A stretch of DNA of 64,000 nucleotides, from contig CAZQFV010000016.1 of the NCBI GenBank assembly GCA_964592645.1, forward strand, positions 2,282 through 66,281, read 5' to 3'. The notes under the pieces were generated by a model. The model was given only the letters and a program-made list of their open reading frames with translations. It searched no databases and had not been told where the DNA came from. Shown here one piece after another: positions 1-8,091 of the stretch. Positions within the stretch are counted from its first letter, which is position 1. Every line of letters starts with the position of its first letter. This stretch comes from an uncultured Chloroflexia bacterium (lineage in GTDB: Bacteria; Chloroflexota; Chloroflexia; DTKN01). A program made the translations under genes and the position numbers.

Positions 1-1
1 C

Positions 2-2071
2 GGGTTCCTTGAGGCCGATATCGTGCCCCGCTCCGGTCAATCCTACGAGGACATCATCCTGGAGCACTATTGGGGCGAGTTCTTCACCTTTGTTGCTTTT
101 CCGTGGGCGTTAGCTGGAGATCTGATCGACAGCCTGGACCCGCAGCGATGGGAAGCCAATCGCCGGCTACCCCTGGTCATGCAGGCCCTGGAGGCGCGAA
201 AGGCGCGCTGGCTAACGCAGACGACTCGCGAGCAGTGGCAACTCATCGACTCGCTATTCAAGGAGCCACAGGCCCTGAAAGAGCGGTTCGGGCGCTTCCG
301 GCTTGTGCGTGGGTACCCGCCTGCCCTTGGGCAAAGCGTGCTGGGCAAATGGTTCAATCTGCTCAAGTCGCTCAATGTGGACCCCACACCGGGCAGGCTG
401 ACAGGTCTGACCCTGGACGACACGGTGCAGGAGATCCGCTACTACCTGAACAACATCGCCCCCACGATTGGCAGCCGTTCGGATCTGGAAGCAGTCCTCA
501 GCCAGATGAGCGGTACGCTGATCGCGGAGTTCCAGTGGCTGCGTGAGCAGATCCAGGAAAAGGCATCCATACTGCAACTCACCCACGACCTCGTGAAACA
601 GATAGCGAACCGCTTCTGGCCCATTCGGGAGGAAATCAGCGCAGGATTGGATGCGCTCAGGAGTTTGATACCGCCGCCGTTTCCGCGCGACCCATCCGGT
701 AACACAACAATGGAGGACTGGCTCACCTGGGCCGTCGACGAATACCTGGACTATCGTTTCTGGTTGGAGGAAAATGACCGTTGGGATGACACGGTCGCAG
801 GCTATGCCGGGCAGTACGCCGACTGGTTCTATAGCAACTACATCCAGCTCAAGTATCAGCATCAGCACCGCTGGGTCTTTGATCTGCTGAACCAGGCAGG
901 ACTGGCCATCCAACAGGGGCACAAGGTTCTTTTCATCCTGGTCGACGGCCTCACTTTCAAGTATGTGCGCAGCCTGATAGCGCATTTCGCCAGCCAGGGC
1001 TTTCGACCTTTAGGCGGCGTCGAGCCTGTTTGGGCGGTCATCCCAACGACCACCGAGGTCTCAAAGCACTGCCTGATTGCCGGCAGGCCGGATCTTGGGG
1101 ACGTCCAGGGCCACAACTACGAGGAGATTCTGGAGAAAGACTGGCGAACGTATTTCCAGGGACGCTCAGTCCGCTACCTCTCGAAGCTGGCCGAGATCAA
1201 GGAACTACAGCAGTGCGATGCCCATCTCATCTTGCTGAACTATCGCCCCATTGACGAGGTCCAGCACAGGGACGAAGAGCAGATCGCGGCAACCCATACC
1301 GGGGAGATCGAGGGGTACATACGGTCCTTGGTCGAAACGACCTGTCAGTTTGCCCGCCGGGCAAAGGTCGAAGAGGAGCTTATGATCTTTATCGCTTCCG
1401 ACCATGGGGCCACGAAAATCCCGCCTGCCGTGGAGAACATGGTAGATGACGACTTTTACCGCAAACGGGCCAAAGACCCGCACCATCGCTACATAGCCGT
1501 GCCTGACGAGCGAGCGGCCAATCCCACCGACTATGACAAGACGCACTGCTACGTCCTGCCGGCCAAGGCGTATGGCACTCGCGAATCCTATCTCATTCCG
1601 AAAGGCTACGGCTGCTTTGTCAAAGTGAGCGGCAGCATCTACGTCCACGGCGGGCTGACGCCAGAAGAAACCATCGTCCCGTTTTGTCGGCTTGTGAGAT
1701 CGGAGGTACAGGTACTACAGCCGACAATCCGTCTGCCAAAGGGCGTCATCCGTTATTCGGTGAAGGCTATCCTGACTTTCATCGTCGGCAACCCGAACGA
1801 TGAGGCCGTGACGCAGGTGGAGTTGAACGTTGTCGAGTCCGACCTGCCGGGAGTAGTTGTTGGAAGCATCAGCGCCGGCAAAACGGTCGAGGTTGACATG
1901 CCCGTGCGCATCAAGCGACAGCCAGGTGGTCAATCTCTGGATGCCGTCACAATTCAGGGCGCATTCGAGTGCCGCGGTCAGCACTATACTATCAAATCGG
2001 TACGCCTACCGGTGGAGGCTCGCTCGCTCGAGGAGTCGAAAACCGAGCTAGACCTCGACCTGGATCTGTGA
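2..2071 (+). CDS. pglZ: BREX PglZ-domain (alkaline-phosphatase superfamily) protein, 5' partial (cut by window edge)
   Basis: The frame is open from nt 2 with no upstream stop. PglZ-like motifs FILVDGLTFKYV and IFIASDHGATK are present. brxL follows directly, as in type-1 BREX operons. Confidence 0.85.
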   Translation, partial: GFLEADIVPRSGQSYEDIILEHYWGEFFTFVAFPWALAGDLIDSLDPQRWEANRRLPLVMQALEARKARWLTQTTREQWQLIDSLFKEPQALKERFGRFRLVRGYPPALGQSVLGKWFNLLKSLNVDPTPGRLTGLTLDDTVQEIRYYLNNIAPTIGSRSDLEAVLSQMSGTLIAEFQWLREQIQEKASILQLTHDLVKQIANRFWPIREEISAGLDALRSLIPPPFPRDPSGNTTMEDWLTWAVDEYLDYRFWLEENDRWDDTVAGYAGQYADWFYSNYIQLKYQHQHRWVFDLLNQAGLAIQQGHKVLFILVDGLTFKYVRSLIAHFASQGFRPLGGVEPVWAVIPTTTEVSKHCLIAGRPDLGDVQGHNYEEILEKDWRTYFQGRSVRYLSKLAEIKELQQCDAHLILLNYRPIDEVQHRDEEQIAATHTGEIEGYIRSLVETTCQFARRAKVEEELMIFIASDHGATKIPPAVENMVDDDFYRKRAKDPHHRYIAVPDERAANPTDYDKTHCYVLPAKAYGTRESYLIPKGYGCFVKVSGSIYVHGGLTPEETIVPFCRLVRSEVQVLQPTIRLPKGVIRYSVKAILTFIVGNPNDEAVTQVELNVVESDLPGVVVGSISAGKTVEVDMPVRIKRQPGGQSLDAVTIQGAFECRGQHYTIKSVRLPVEARSLEESKTELDLDLDL

Positions 2072-2082
2072 GGAGCCTCGGG

Positions 2083-3501
2083 ATGTTGGAATCGTTTGAA
2101 CAAAAGGCGCTCGATTACTACGGCGATGTGATCATCAACAAACACCTCATTCACGAAGCGGGATTTGGTGCGCGGGCCATCCCTACCTATGTGGGGGAAT
2201 GGATCCTGTCCCGTTTCGTTCAGGATGGCCAACTTACAGAGGAAAGCCGCGGACGGATCGCCGCCTTTCTGAGCAAATACCTGCCTACGAAGGGCCAGAA
2301 GGACGAGATCAAGAACCGCCTGCTCAAAATGGAAACTGTGCAATTGCTCGACGATTTCAGCGTCACGGTCAACCTCAAGACAGGCCAGCGGCATCTACGT
2401 ATTCCCTTGCTGGACATCGGGGATGCCTTTGTCAGCGAGCAAATCGTGGACCAGAACGAATTGCTGGTCACCAGTGGGGTCTGGGGAATTGGCTCGCTCT
2501 TCTACGTGCCACCGGACGGGCCTGGTGAGAAGGGCCAAGTGTGGATGCGCGAGTTCAGGCCCTTTCAGATTAGCAGCATCGACTTCGAGTATTTCAAGCA
2601 ATGCCGGCAGTACTTTTCCTTCGAGGAATGGCTGGACCTCATGGTCTCCAGCATAGGCTTCAACCCACGGGCTCACAGTATGCGCCAGAAGATGATCCTG
2701 ATTACGCGCATCATCCCGCTGGCCGAACCGCGGGTCAACATCGTCGAGCTGGCGCCCAAAGGGACAGGCAAGTCCTTTGTGTACGACAACTTGTCCCGCT
2801 ACGCCCGGGTTGTTGCTGGTGGCAAGATCACACCAGCGGTTCTGTTTCATAACCTGGTTACCCACAGTCCTGGACTGATCACCCGCTACGATGTCATCGT
2901 CCTGGATGAGGTACAGAGCATCAGTGGGGACAGTGCGGGCGAACTCATCGCGGGGCTGAAGGTCTACCTCGAATCGGGCCGATACAGCCGGGGCAACACG
3001 ATGGGCACAGCCGAGGCTGGCTTCGTCATGCTTGGGAACATCACTCTGGACGAGCAGATGCAGCCCGTATATCAAGGTGAAGGGCTCTTCCGCGAAATCC
3101 CCAACTTCCTCCAGGAAACGGCGTTCGTCGACCGCATCCATGGCCTCATCTCGGGTTGGGAAATGCCCCGCGTGACGAAGGACACTCCATCGCACTCTTT
3201 GGGCTTCAAAGGAGATTTCTTCTCCGAGGTGCTACATGTCTTGCGCAGCGATGCCCTCTATGGCGAGTACGTGTCGCAGGAGATGCACCTGGTCAACTGC
3301 AACGACCTGCGGGACCGCAAAGCCATTTCACGCCTAGCCACGGGCTTTCTCAAGCTAGTCTTCCCCGACATGAAGCCGACCGCAGAGGAGTTCCGAGAGT
3401 TCTGCGTCCGGCCAGCGGTAGAACTCCGCCAACGAGTGCGAGATGAGCTGCACAAATTGGACCCTGAGTACGCACAGGTGTCGATTGGCATAGACAGCTG
3501 A
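2083..3501 (+). CDS. brxL: BREX Lon-like protein BrxL
   Basis: ATG at 2083 follows GAGGAG (2070-2075). The N-terminus MLESFEQKALDYYGDVIINKHLIHEAGFGARAIPTYVGEW and the P-loop LAPKGTGKSFVY match my recollection of BrxL. The longer track ORF from 1969 overlaps pglZ, so I trimmed it. Confidence 0.85.
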   Translation: MLESFEQKALDYYGDVIINKHLIHEAGFGARAIPTYVGEWILSRFVQDGQLTEESRGRIAAFLSKYLPTKGQKDEIKNRLLKMETVQLLDDFSVTVNLKTGQRHLRIPLLDIGDAFVSEQIVDQNELLVTSGVWGIGSLFYVPPDGPGEKGQVWMREFRPFQISSIDFEYFKQCRQYFSFEEWLDLMVSSIGFNPRAHSMRQKMILITRIIPLAEPRVNIVELAPKGTGKSFVYDNLSRYARVVAGGKITPAVLFHNLVTHSPGLITRYDVIVLDEVQSISGDSAGELIAGLKVYLESGRYSRGNTMGTAEAGFVMLGNITLDEQMQPVYQGEGLFREIPNFLQETAFVDRIHGLISGWEMPRVTKDTPSHSLGFKGDFFSEVLHVLRSDALYGEYVSQEMHLVNCNDLRDRKAISRLATGFLKLVFPDMKPTAEEFREFCVRPAVELRQRVRDELHKLDPEYAQVSIGIDS

Positions 3502-3720
3502 GGTGAAAAAGCAGGCCCCTGTGTCAGCCGCTGCCGGCCGGCTGTTCGGTAACATTGGCCCTGGCTTTTCTGGGCCTCCGTGGTCAGGTGTGATCTTGGG
3601 TCGAGTCTCCAGCGGCGGTGCATTCGGAACTCTTGAACGATTTGAGCGGAATATACATCGTGGCTTCTCCCGGCTAAAGCCGACACATTGGTGGAACTGG
3701 CCAGAACAGAGAGACAATCC

Positions 3721-4662
3721 ATGCCGATCTTTGAGCTGCCATCGGGACTGGTCGAGATCGCCCACTTTAATGTACCGGCCGTGCGGACCTGGGGCCACGC
3801 CGACGATGGTCGGTACAAGCAGCAGGTGCGCCAGGCGGCCGGCCTCGGTCCGGAGAGCCGCGAGGATTTCGAGTGGTTCGTCTTCAGCATCCGCTGCGTC
3901 GTGGGGGAGAGCCGCGGCCGGGTGCACCGCCAGGTCCCCGACGTGGAGAACATCCCCAAGCTGATCGTAGACGCCTTCTCCGGTATCCTTTACCCGGACG
4001 ACGACTTGCACCACGTGCGCGGCGTGCAGGTCGAGGCCGAGTGGGGACCGGATGAGCAAGAGCGGACCGAGGTGCGCATCTACGGCTGGACCCGGGAGGC
4101 GGCTGCCGAGGAAGAGTACCGCCGGCAGAGCCGCTGGGACGCGCAGCGGGCGCACTCCCGCCCTCTCTCGGAGATGCGGCGCATCGCACAGGAAGGGCTG
4201 GCCCTCCCCGATGACTACGAGGCCCTGTACCCCTACGCCGTGGCCCACGGCCTTACCGTGAACGAGGTCGTCTACTACGTGAACGCCTACGAGGCGGGCA
4301 AAGACGATGGTCTGCGGGCGCTGGTGGATCCGGACATCATCCCGGAGGATATCGCCCGCCGCGTCGTGCAGACGATCGACACCGCGCTGCGCGAGCGCTT
4401 TCCTGCCGGGGGCGCCCACCGCATCACCGACGAGGGAACGGCCATCGGCGTCTACCAGATTCAGCAGCGGTGGCAGACGAAGGAATCGTTCCTGTTCCCG
4501 GCCTGCCAGTTCCGCCTCACCGGGAACAAGTGGCACCTCTATTGGATGCGCAAGTTCGACGCCTGGTGGCCCTATCCCCCACCGGAACATGGGCACAAGT
4601 TCACCCTCCAGGCCCGCCTGCAGCAGCTCCTGGACGACGAGGATGGCTGTTTCTGGGGGTAG
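3721..4662 (+). CDS. RusA-like resolvase-fold domain fused to a DUF3024-like C-terminal domain
   Basis: ATG at 3721. The N-terminal core PDVENIPKLIVDAFSGILYPDDD resembles RusA DLDNLQKAAFDAL..DD. The C-terminus FRLTGNKWHLYWMRKFDAWWPY...LLDDEDGCFWG resembles DUF3024 (WxLYW...FWG). Both calls are from memory. Confidence 0.6.
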   Translation: MPIFELPSGLVEIAHFNVPAVRTWGHADDGRYKQQVRQAAGLGPESREDFEWFVFSIRCVVGESRGRVHRQVPDVENIPKLIVDAFSGILYPDDDLHHVRGVQVEAEWGPDEQERTEVRIYGWTREAAAEEEYRRQSRWDAQRAHSRPLSEMRRIAQEGLALPDDYEALYPYAVAHGLTVNEVVYYVNAYEAGKDDGLRALVDPDIIPEDIARRVVQTIDTALRERFPAGGAHRITDEGTAIGVYQIQQRWQTKESFLFPACQFRLTGNKWHLYWMRKFDAWWPYPPPEHGHKFTLQARLQQLLDDEDGCFWG

Positions 4663-4673
4663 GCCAGGGAGGC

Positions 4674-5444
4674 CTATCCCCGACGATATCGCCCGAGGAT
4701 GCTGCCGGCCCACAGAGCATCGGGGACCAGCTGGTCGTGATACTCCTGGAGGTATTCGAGCACGAGCGGCCCGCAGAAGTCGCTCCGGGCGATGGCCTCC
4801 AGTATCCGCCGAAAGTCCAGCTCTCCTGAAGGGTCACACAGCGGCAGGTGCTGCCGGGTGGGACCAGAACCCCGGTTGGACAGGTGATAGACGCGTATCT
4901 GCCGGCCGTACGCGGCAACGTCGGCCAGGAGCGCGGCCTGCCCCTTGTGCAGGTGCGAGGTGTCGTAGCAGGCGGCGTGGTGCGGCCGGCTCTGGCAGAA
5001 AGCCGCGATCCCCTCGATGCCGGCCAGGAAGCGGCGCTTCCCCTCGAACGTTTCCCAGCACAGCGTAATGCCGCTGTTGTCGAGGAGCGGCTGCAGGTAG
5101 GTCTCGATCTGCGGGGCCAGCTCCACGAGCCGGCCGGACGTGGGATGGGCCACGATGAGCGAGCACGCCACCTCCTGCGCCAGGGCAATAGTCTTGCGCA
5201 AGACGGCAGCGAAGGTGTGGATGTCGGCCGCCCGGGCCTGGGCCATGTGGATTGAGGTGGCGGCGAGGCCGACAGAGGCCAGGGGCGCAACCACATCCTC
5301 CAACCGCACCTGGTCCAGGAACAGGTCCGGCCGGTAGAAGGCGATCTCGACGTAGCCCACTGGCTGAAACCCGACCAACGACTGGGCCCAGTCATAGTTC
5401 CCCTGCTCGGGATAGGCGGCGCGAACGGCGACATGGATGGACAT
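4674..5444 (-). CDS. sugar phosphate isomerase/epimerase (xylose-isomerase-like TIM barrel)
   Basis: ATG at 5444 (MSIHVAV...) with AAGGA upstream. Motifs along the length include SIHMAQA, LIVAHPTSG, CWETFEG, CYDTSHLH and VYHLSN. The track's N-terminal extension to 5693 was discarded. Confidence 0.7.
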   Translation of the reverse strand: MSIHVAVRAAYPEQGNYDWAQSLVGFQPVGYVEIAFYRPDLFLDQVRLEDVVAPLASVGLAATSIHMAQARAADIHTFAAVLRKTIALAQEVACSLIVAHPTSGRLVELAPQIETYLQPLLDNSGITLCWETFEGKRRFLAGIEGIAAFCQSRPHHAACYDTSHLHKGQAALLADVAAYGRQIRVYHLSNRGSGPTRQHLPLCDPSGELDFRRILEAIARSDFCGPLVLEYLQEYHDQLVPDALWAGSILGRYRRG

Positions 5445-5486
5445 CGCAGCGATCCTTCGGGCGAAATGCGAACTCGTGCCGGGCGT

Positions 5487-5515
5487 ATGATAGCACGGTT
5501 CTGGGATGGTGTCGA
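5487..5515 (-). promoter_or_regulatory. sigma-70-like promoter TCGACA-N17-TATCAT for the isomerase gene
   Basis: On the minus strand the -35 TCGACA lies at 5515-5510 and the -10 TATCAT at 5492-5487, with a 17-nt spacer. It sits ~40 nt upstream of ATG 5444. Confidence 0.4.
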
Positions 5516-5550
5516 GCGCTCCCGCTGCCGTCTGCTGCATCTTCCGATCC

Positions 5551-5639
5551 ATGCCGACCACCGATTCCGGCGCATGCCGTCCACCCGTGCCGATGTATGC
5601 CGTCCATTTCAGACGACCGTCGGAATCGGTGGTCGGCAT
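5551..5639. repeat. perfect 19-bp inverted repeat (ATGCCGACCACCGATTCCG / CGGAATCGGTGGTCGGCAT) with a 51-nt spacer
   Basis: The arms are 5551-5569 and 5621-5639. The spacer carries two more ATGCCGTCCA copies (5574, 5596), and a related GTCGGATTCCG follows at ~5642. Confidence 0.9.
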
Positions 5640-5728
5640 CCGTCGGATTCCGCGGAAGGTATGCGCTGGAATCCTGGTGCCTGGTTGCAGCAAAGCAAGC
5701 AGCGCTGGCGATTCTCTCGCATCGCCAC

Positions 5729-5757
5729 TTGCATCTCCCGGCCAAATCTGCTATACT
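5729..5757 (+). promoter_or_regulatory. sigma-70-like promoter TTGCAT-N17-TATACT for the ATPase operon
   Basis: -35 at 5729-5734, 17-nt spacer, -10 at 5752-5757. The -10 overlaps the 22-bp palindrome. Confidence 0.5.
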
Positions 5758-5774
5758 AGTCATATGACTAGTAT
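5753..5774. promoter_or_regulatory. perfect 22-bp AT-rich palindrome ATACTAGTCAT|ATGACTAGTAT (candidate operator)
   Basis: I verified base by base that it is self-complementary. It covers the -10 to about +10 of the promoter and lies 24 nt upstream of the GTG at 5798. Confidence 0.6.
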
Positions 5775-5797
5775 GCTGAATGACTAGGAGGCCGGCC

Positions 5798-7486
5798 GTG
5801 CTGGACTATATCTACCCCGAGGAAGAGCAGCGTTTCTTCACCGACCGCGAGCAAACCCTGGCCCTGCTCGGCATGAGCCGCGATCTGCTGGCCCAGGGCG
5901 TGCGCAAGCACGTCGCCCTCAGCGGCTTCCGCCGCGTGGGCAAGACGGTCATCCTGAAAGAGTTTCTGCGCCGGCACCTGGTGCAGGAGAAAGAAGGCCC
6001 GGTAGCCGCCGCCTACATCGACCTGCCCCGCCTGGCCTTTACCCCCGAGGCCTTTGCCGTGCAGTACAGCGGCAGCCTGCTCTACTGGCTGGGCGGCGAT
6101 ACGGAAGCGCGCATCGAGCCCTATTTCGACCCGGCCTACCAACTGGCCGCGGCGGGGCGTTACGGCGCCAGGTCCCTTAGCGACCACCTGCTCACCCTGC
6201 AACAGGAGCTGCAGAAGGAGCGCCCCGATCAGCACCTGCTACTGGAGCTGGCCCTCAACCTGCCCGAGGTCTGGGCCCAGGCTACGGGACGGCGGGTGCT
6301 GCTCATCCTCGACGAGTTTCCCTCTCTCCTGGCCCTGAACAACTACCCACAGGTCCACGACGTCATCGCCCTCTTCCGCGCCGTGCTCCAGGCGCAGTCG
6401 CGCGTCTGCTACGTCGTGGCCGGCTCGGTGATCAGCCTGATGGAGCGCATCTTTCTCTCCGCCGAATCGCCCCTCTTTGTCCACTTTCAGCTGGAGACGG
6501 TGGGCCCGTTCGGCCGCGAGGACAGCGCCGAGCTGGCCCGCAAGCGCCTGGCCACCATCGGCGACGTTTCTCCGGACGTGCTGGCGGCCGTCTACCAGGT
6601 CACCCGTGGTCACCCCTTTTACATCTATGCCACCACCATGCGCGTGCTGGAGATGACCACCCTGCTACACCGGCCGGTCAACTCGCAGACGGTGCAGGAA
6701 GCCTTTGTCCTGGAAACGTTGGGCACAAACGGCCGTATCTACAACCTCTGCCGCTACCTCCTGGAAGAGTCGCTGCAGCGGGCCCGCGGGGAGACGATGC
6801 CCCAGGCGGTCCTGCAAGTGCTGGCCCGCGAGAGCGCCGGCCTGAGCCTCACCCAGTTGTCCCGCCGGCTGAAGCGGCCCACCGGGGCCATCCGCCAGGT
6901 GCTGAACTGGCTGATCGAGGTGGACCTGGTGCAGCAGCACGAGGACAAGACGTACGGCTTCCGCGACGCCGTGCTGCAGTTGTGGGTGGCCTACTACTAC
7001 TCCGGGCTGGAGCTGACCGGGATGCCCCGCCAGAAGGTGCTGGACCAGTTGGTGGCCGAGCTGATGGAAAAGTACCAGCGCGCCACCGAGGAGTTGGGCC
7101 TGGCCAAGGAAAGCCAGGTGCGCGAGCTGCTGGGGCAGTTCGCTGGCCAGGAGGTGGACGGGGCACTGTTGGGAGTCACCGGCCCGGTGCGCCTGCCAAC
7201 TTTCGACCGGGTGGCGCCCTACCGCTCCGCAGATGGCCAGGTCGAAGTGGATGCCCTGGCGGAGAATGGCGAGCGCTGGGCGGTGGAGATCAAGTGGCGC
7301 GGCCGGCTGGCCGGCCTGCAGGAGGTGCAGAAGATGGCCCGGGTAGCCCGTTCCCTCGCCGCGCGGGCCTGGTTCATCTCGCGGGCCGGGTTCACGCTGG
7401 AGGCGCTGGAGTACGCCCGGCGAGAGGGTATGATGACCTCTTCACGCAAAGAGATCGAAACGCTGGCCGGCCTGGTGCTACCGTAG
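5798..7486 (+). CDS. P-loop ATPase (archaeal-type ATPase family) with wHTH and a DUF234/PD-(D/E)xK-like C-terminal domain
   Basis: GTG at 5798 lies 6 nt after AGGAGG (5786-5791); the alternative ATG at 5780 has no SD. Walker A GFRRVGKT and Walker B VLLILDEFP are present. The C-terminus VEVDALAENGERWAVEIKWR is nuclease-like. Confidence 0.75.
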   Translation: MLDYIYPEEEQRFFTDREQTLALLGMSRDLLAQGVRKHVALSGFRRVGKTVILKEFLRRHLVQEKEGPVAAAYIDLPRLAFTPEAFAVQYSGSLLYWLGGDTEARIEPYFDPAYQLAAAGRYGARSLSDHLLTLQQELQKERPDQHLLLELALNLPEVWAQATGRRVLLILDEFPSLLALNNYPQVHDVIALFRAVLQAQSRVCYVVAGSVISLMERIFLSAESPLFVHFQLETVGPFGREDSAELARKRLATIGDVSPDVLAAVYQVTRGHPFYIYATTMRVLEMTTLLHRPVNSQTVQEAFVLETLGTNGRIYNLCRYLLEESLQRARGETMPQAVLQVLARESAGLSLTQLSRRLKRPTGAIRQVLNWLIEVDLVQQHEDKTYGFRDAVLQLWVAYYYSGLELTGMPRQKVLDQLVAELMEKYQRATEELGLAKESQVRELLGQFAGQEVDGALLGVTGPVRLPTFDRVAPYRSADGQVEVDALAENGERWAVEIKWRGRLAGLQEVQKMARVARSLAARAWFISRAGFTLEALEYARREGMMTSSRKEIETLAGLVLP

Positions 7487-7532
7487 GCGCTGTGCCGCAT
7501 CCTGTTGCAGAGGGATGCTTGCGGAGCGGACA

Positions 7533-8030
7533 ATGGGTCCGGCGATAGAACGAACGGTGACAATTCGGAAGACTGACCTCTCCCGGCATACCGGTCAGGT
7601 TGTGGGCCTCGCGCGCCGGGGGAACGTGTTGATCGTGGCCAGCCGAGGCGAGGAACTGGTTGCTGTCATAGACGCTCGTGACTATCGCCTCCTCCGAGCC
7701 GTGGTCGCCCATCACCTGCTTCCATTCCACCCCGCACCGGCGTCCGATCAGGCGCTGGTGCCGGCCGGCCTGGGAGAGGACGAGCTCGACCAGGCGGTAC
7801 GCGAGGCTGGTGAATCCCCACAAGCGCGCTGGAACCGCGTCGTGATCGCCTACCTGGATGGGCACATCAGCCTGGCCCGGGCAGCCACTCTGCTGGATAT
7901 TTCTTCCCTCGAACTGGCCGAACGCTTCCGCCGCCTGGAGGTGCCCCGGCGACAGGGGGCGGAGACGCTGGAAGAAGCGCAGAGCGACACGCGGACCGCC
8001 CTCTCTTGGCTTGGACCAGGAAGTAGGTAA
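7533..8030 (+). CDS. antitoxin-like protein (Phd/YefM-like N-terminus + UPF0175-like HTH C-terminus)
   Basis: The N-terminus TVTIRKTDLSRHTGQVVGLARRGNVLIVASRGEELVAVIDARDYRLL is Phd/YefM-like. The C-terminus AYLDGHISLARAATLLDISSLELAERF is UPF0175-like. The start could be ATG 7533 (GGAG upstream) or ATG 7515. Confidence 0.55.
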   Translation: MGPAIERTVTIRKTDLSRHTGQVVGLARRGNVLIVASRGEELVAVIDARDYRLLRAVVAHHLLPFHPAPASDQALVPAGLGEDELDQAVREAGESPQARWNRVVIAYLDGHISLARAATLLDISSLELAERFRRLEVPRRQGAETLEEAQSDTRTALSWLGPGSR

Positions 8031-8045
8031 TATCCGAAATGGGCA

Positions 8046-8077
8046 GTGGGGGAGACGGGCGCACCCGCCTCCCCCAC
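8046..8077. terminator. strong hairpin between convergent genes (candidate bidirectional terminator)
   Basis: GTGGGGGAGACGGG / CCCGCCTCCCCCAC forms a 14-bp stem with one mismatch around a CGCA loop. T-rich sequence follows on both strands. Confidence 0.5.
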
Positions 8078-8091
8078 CTTGTTGCCTTGCC

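Noticed and set aside
8046-8077. Possible degenerate copy of the tRNA-Gly 3' end (GGGAGACGGG...CCCGC) as the left att site of the element
   Set aside because: Only ~10 nt are exactly shared with 60259-60268. The similarity is explained by both being G-rich hairpins. The site also works as a convergent terminator. This is not enough to call an att repeat without a computed search.
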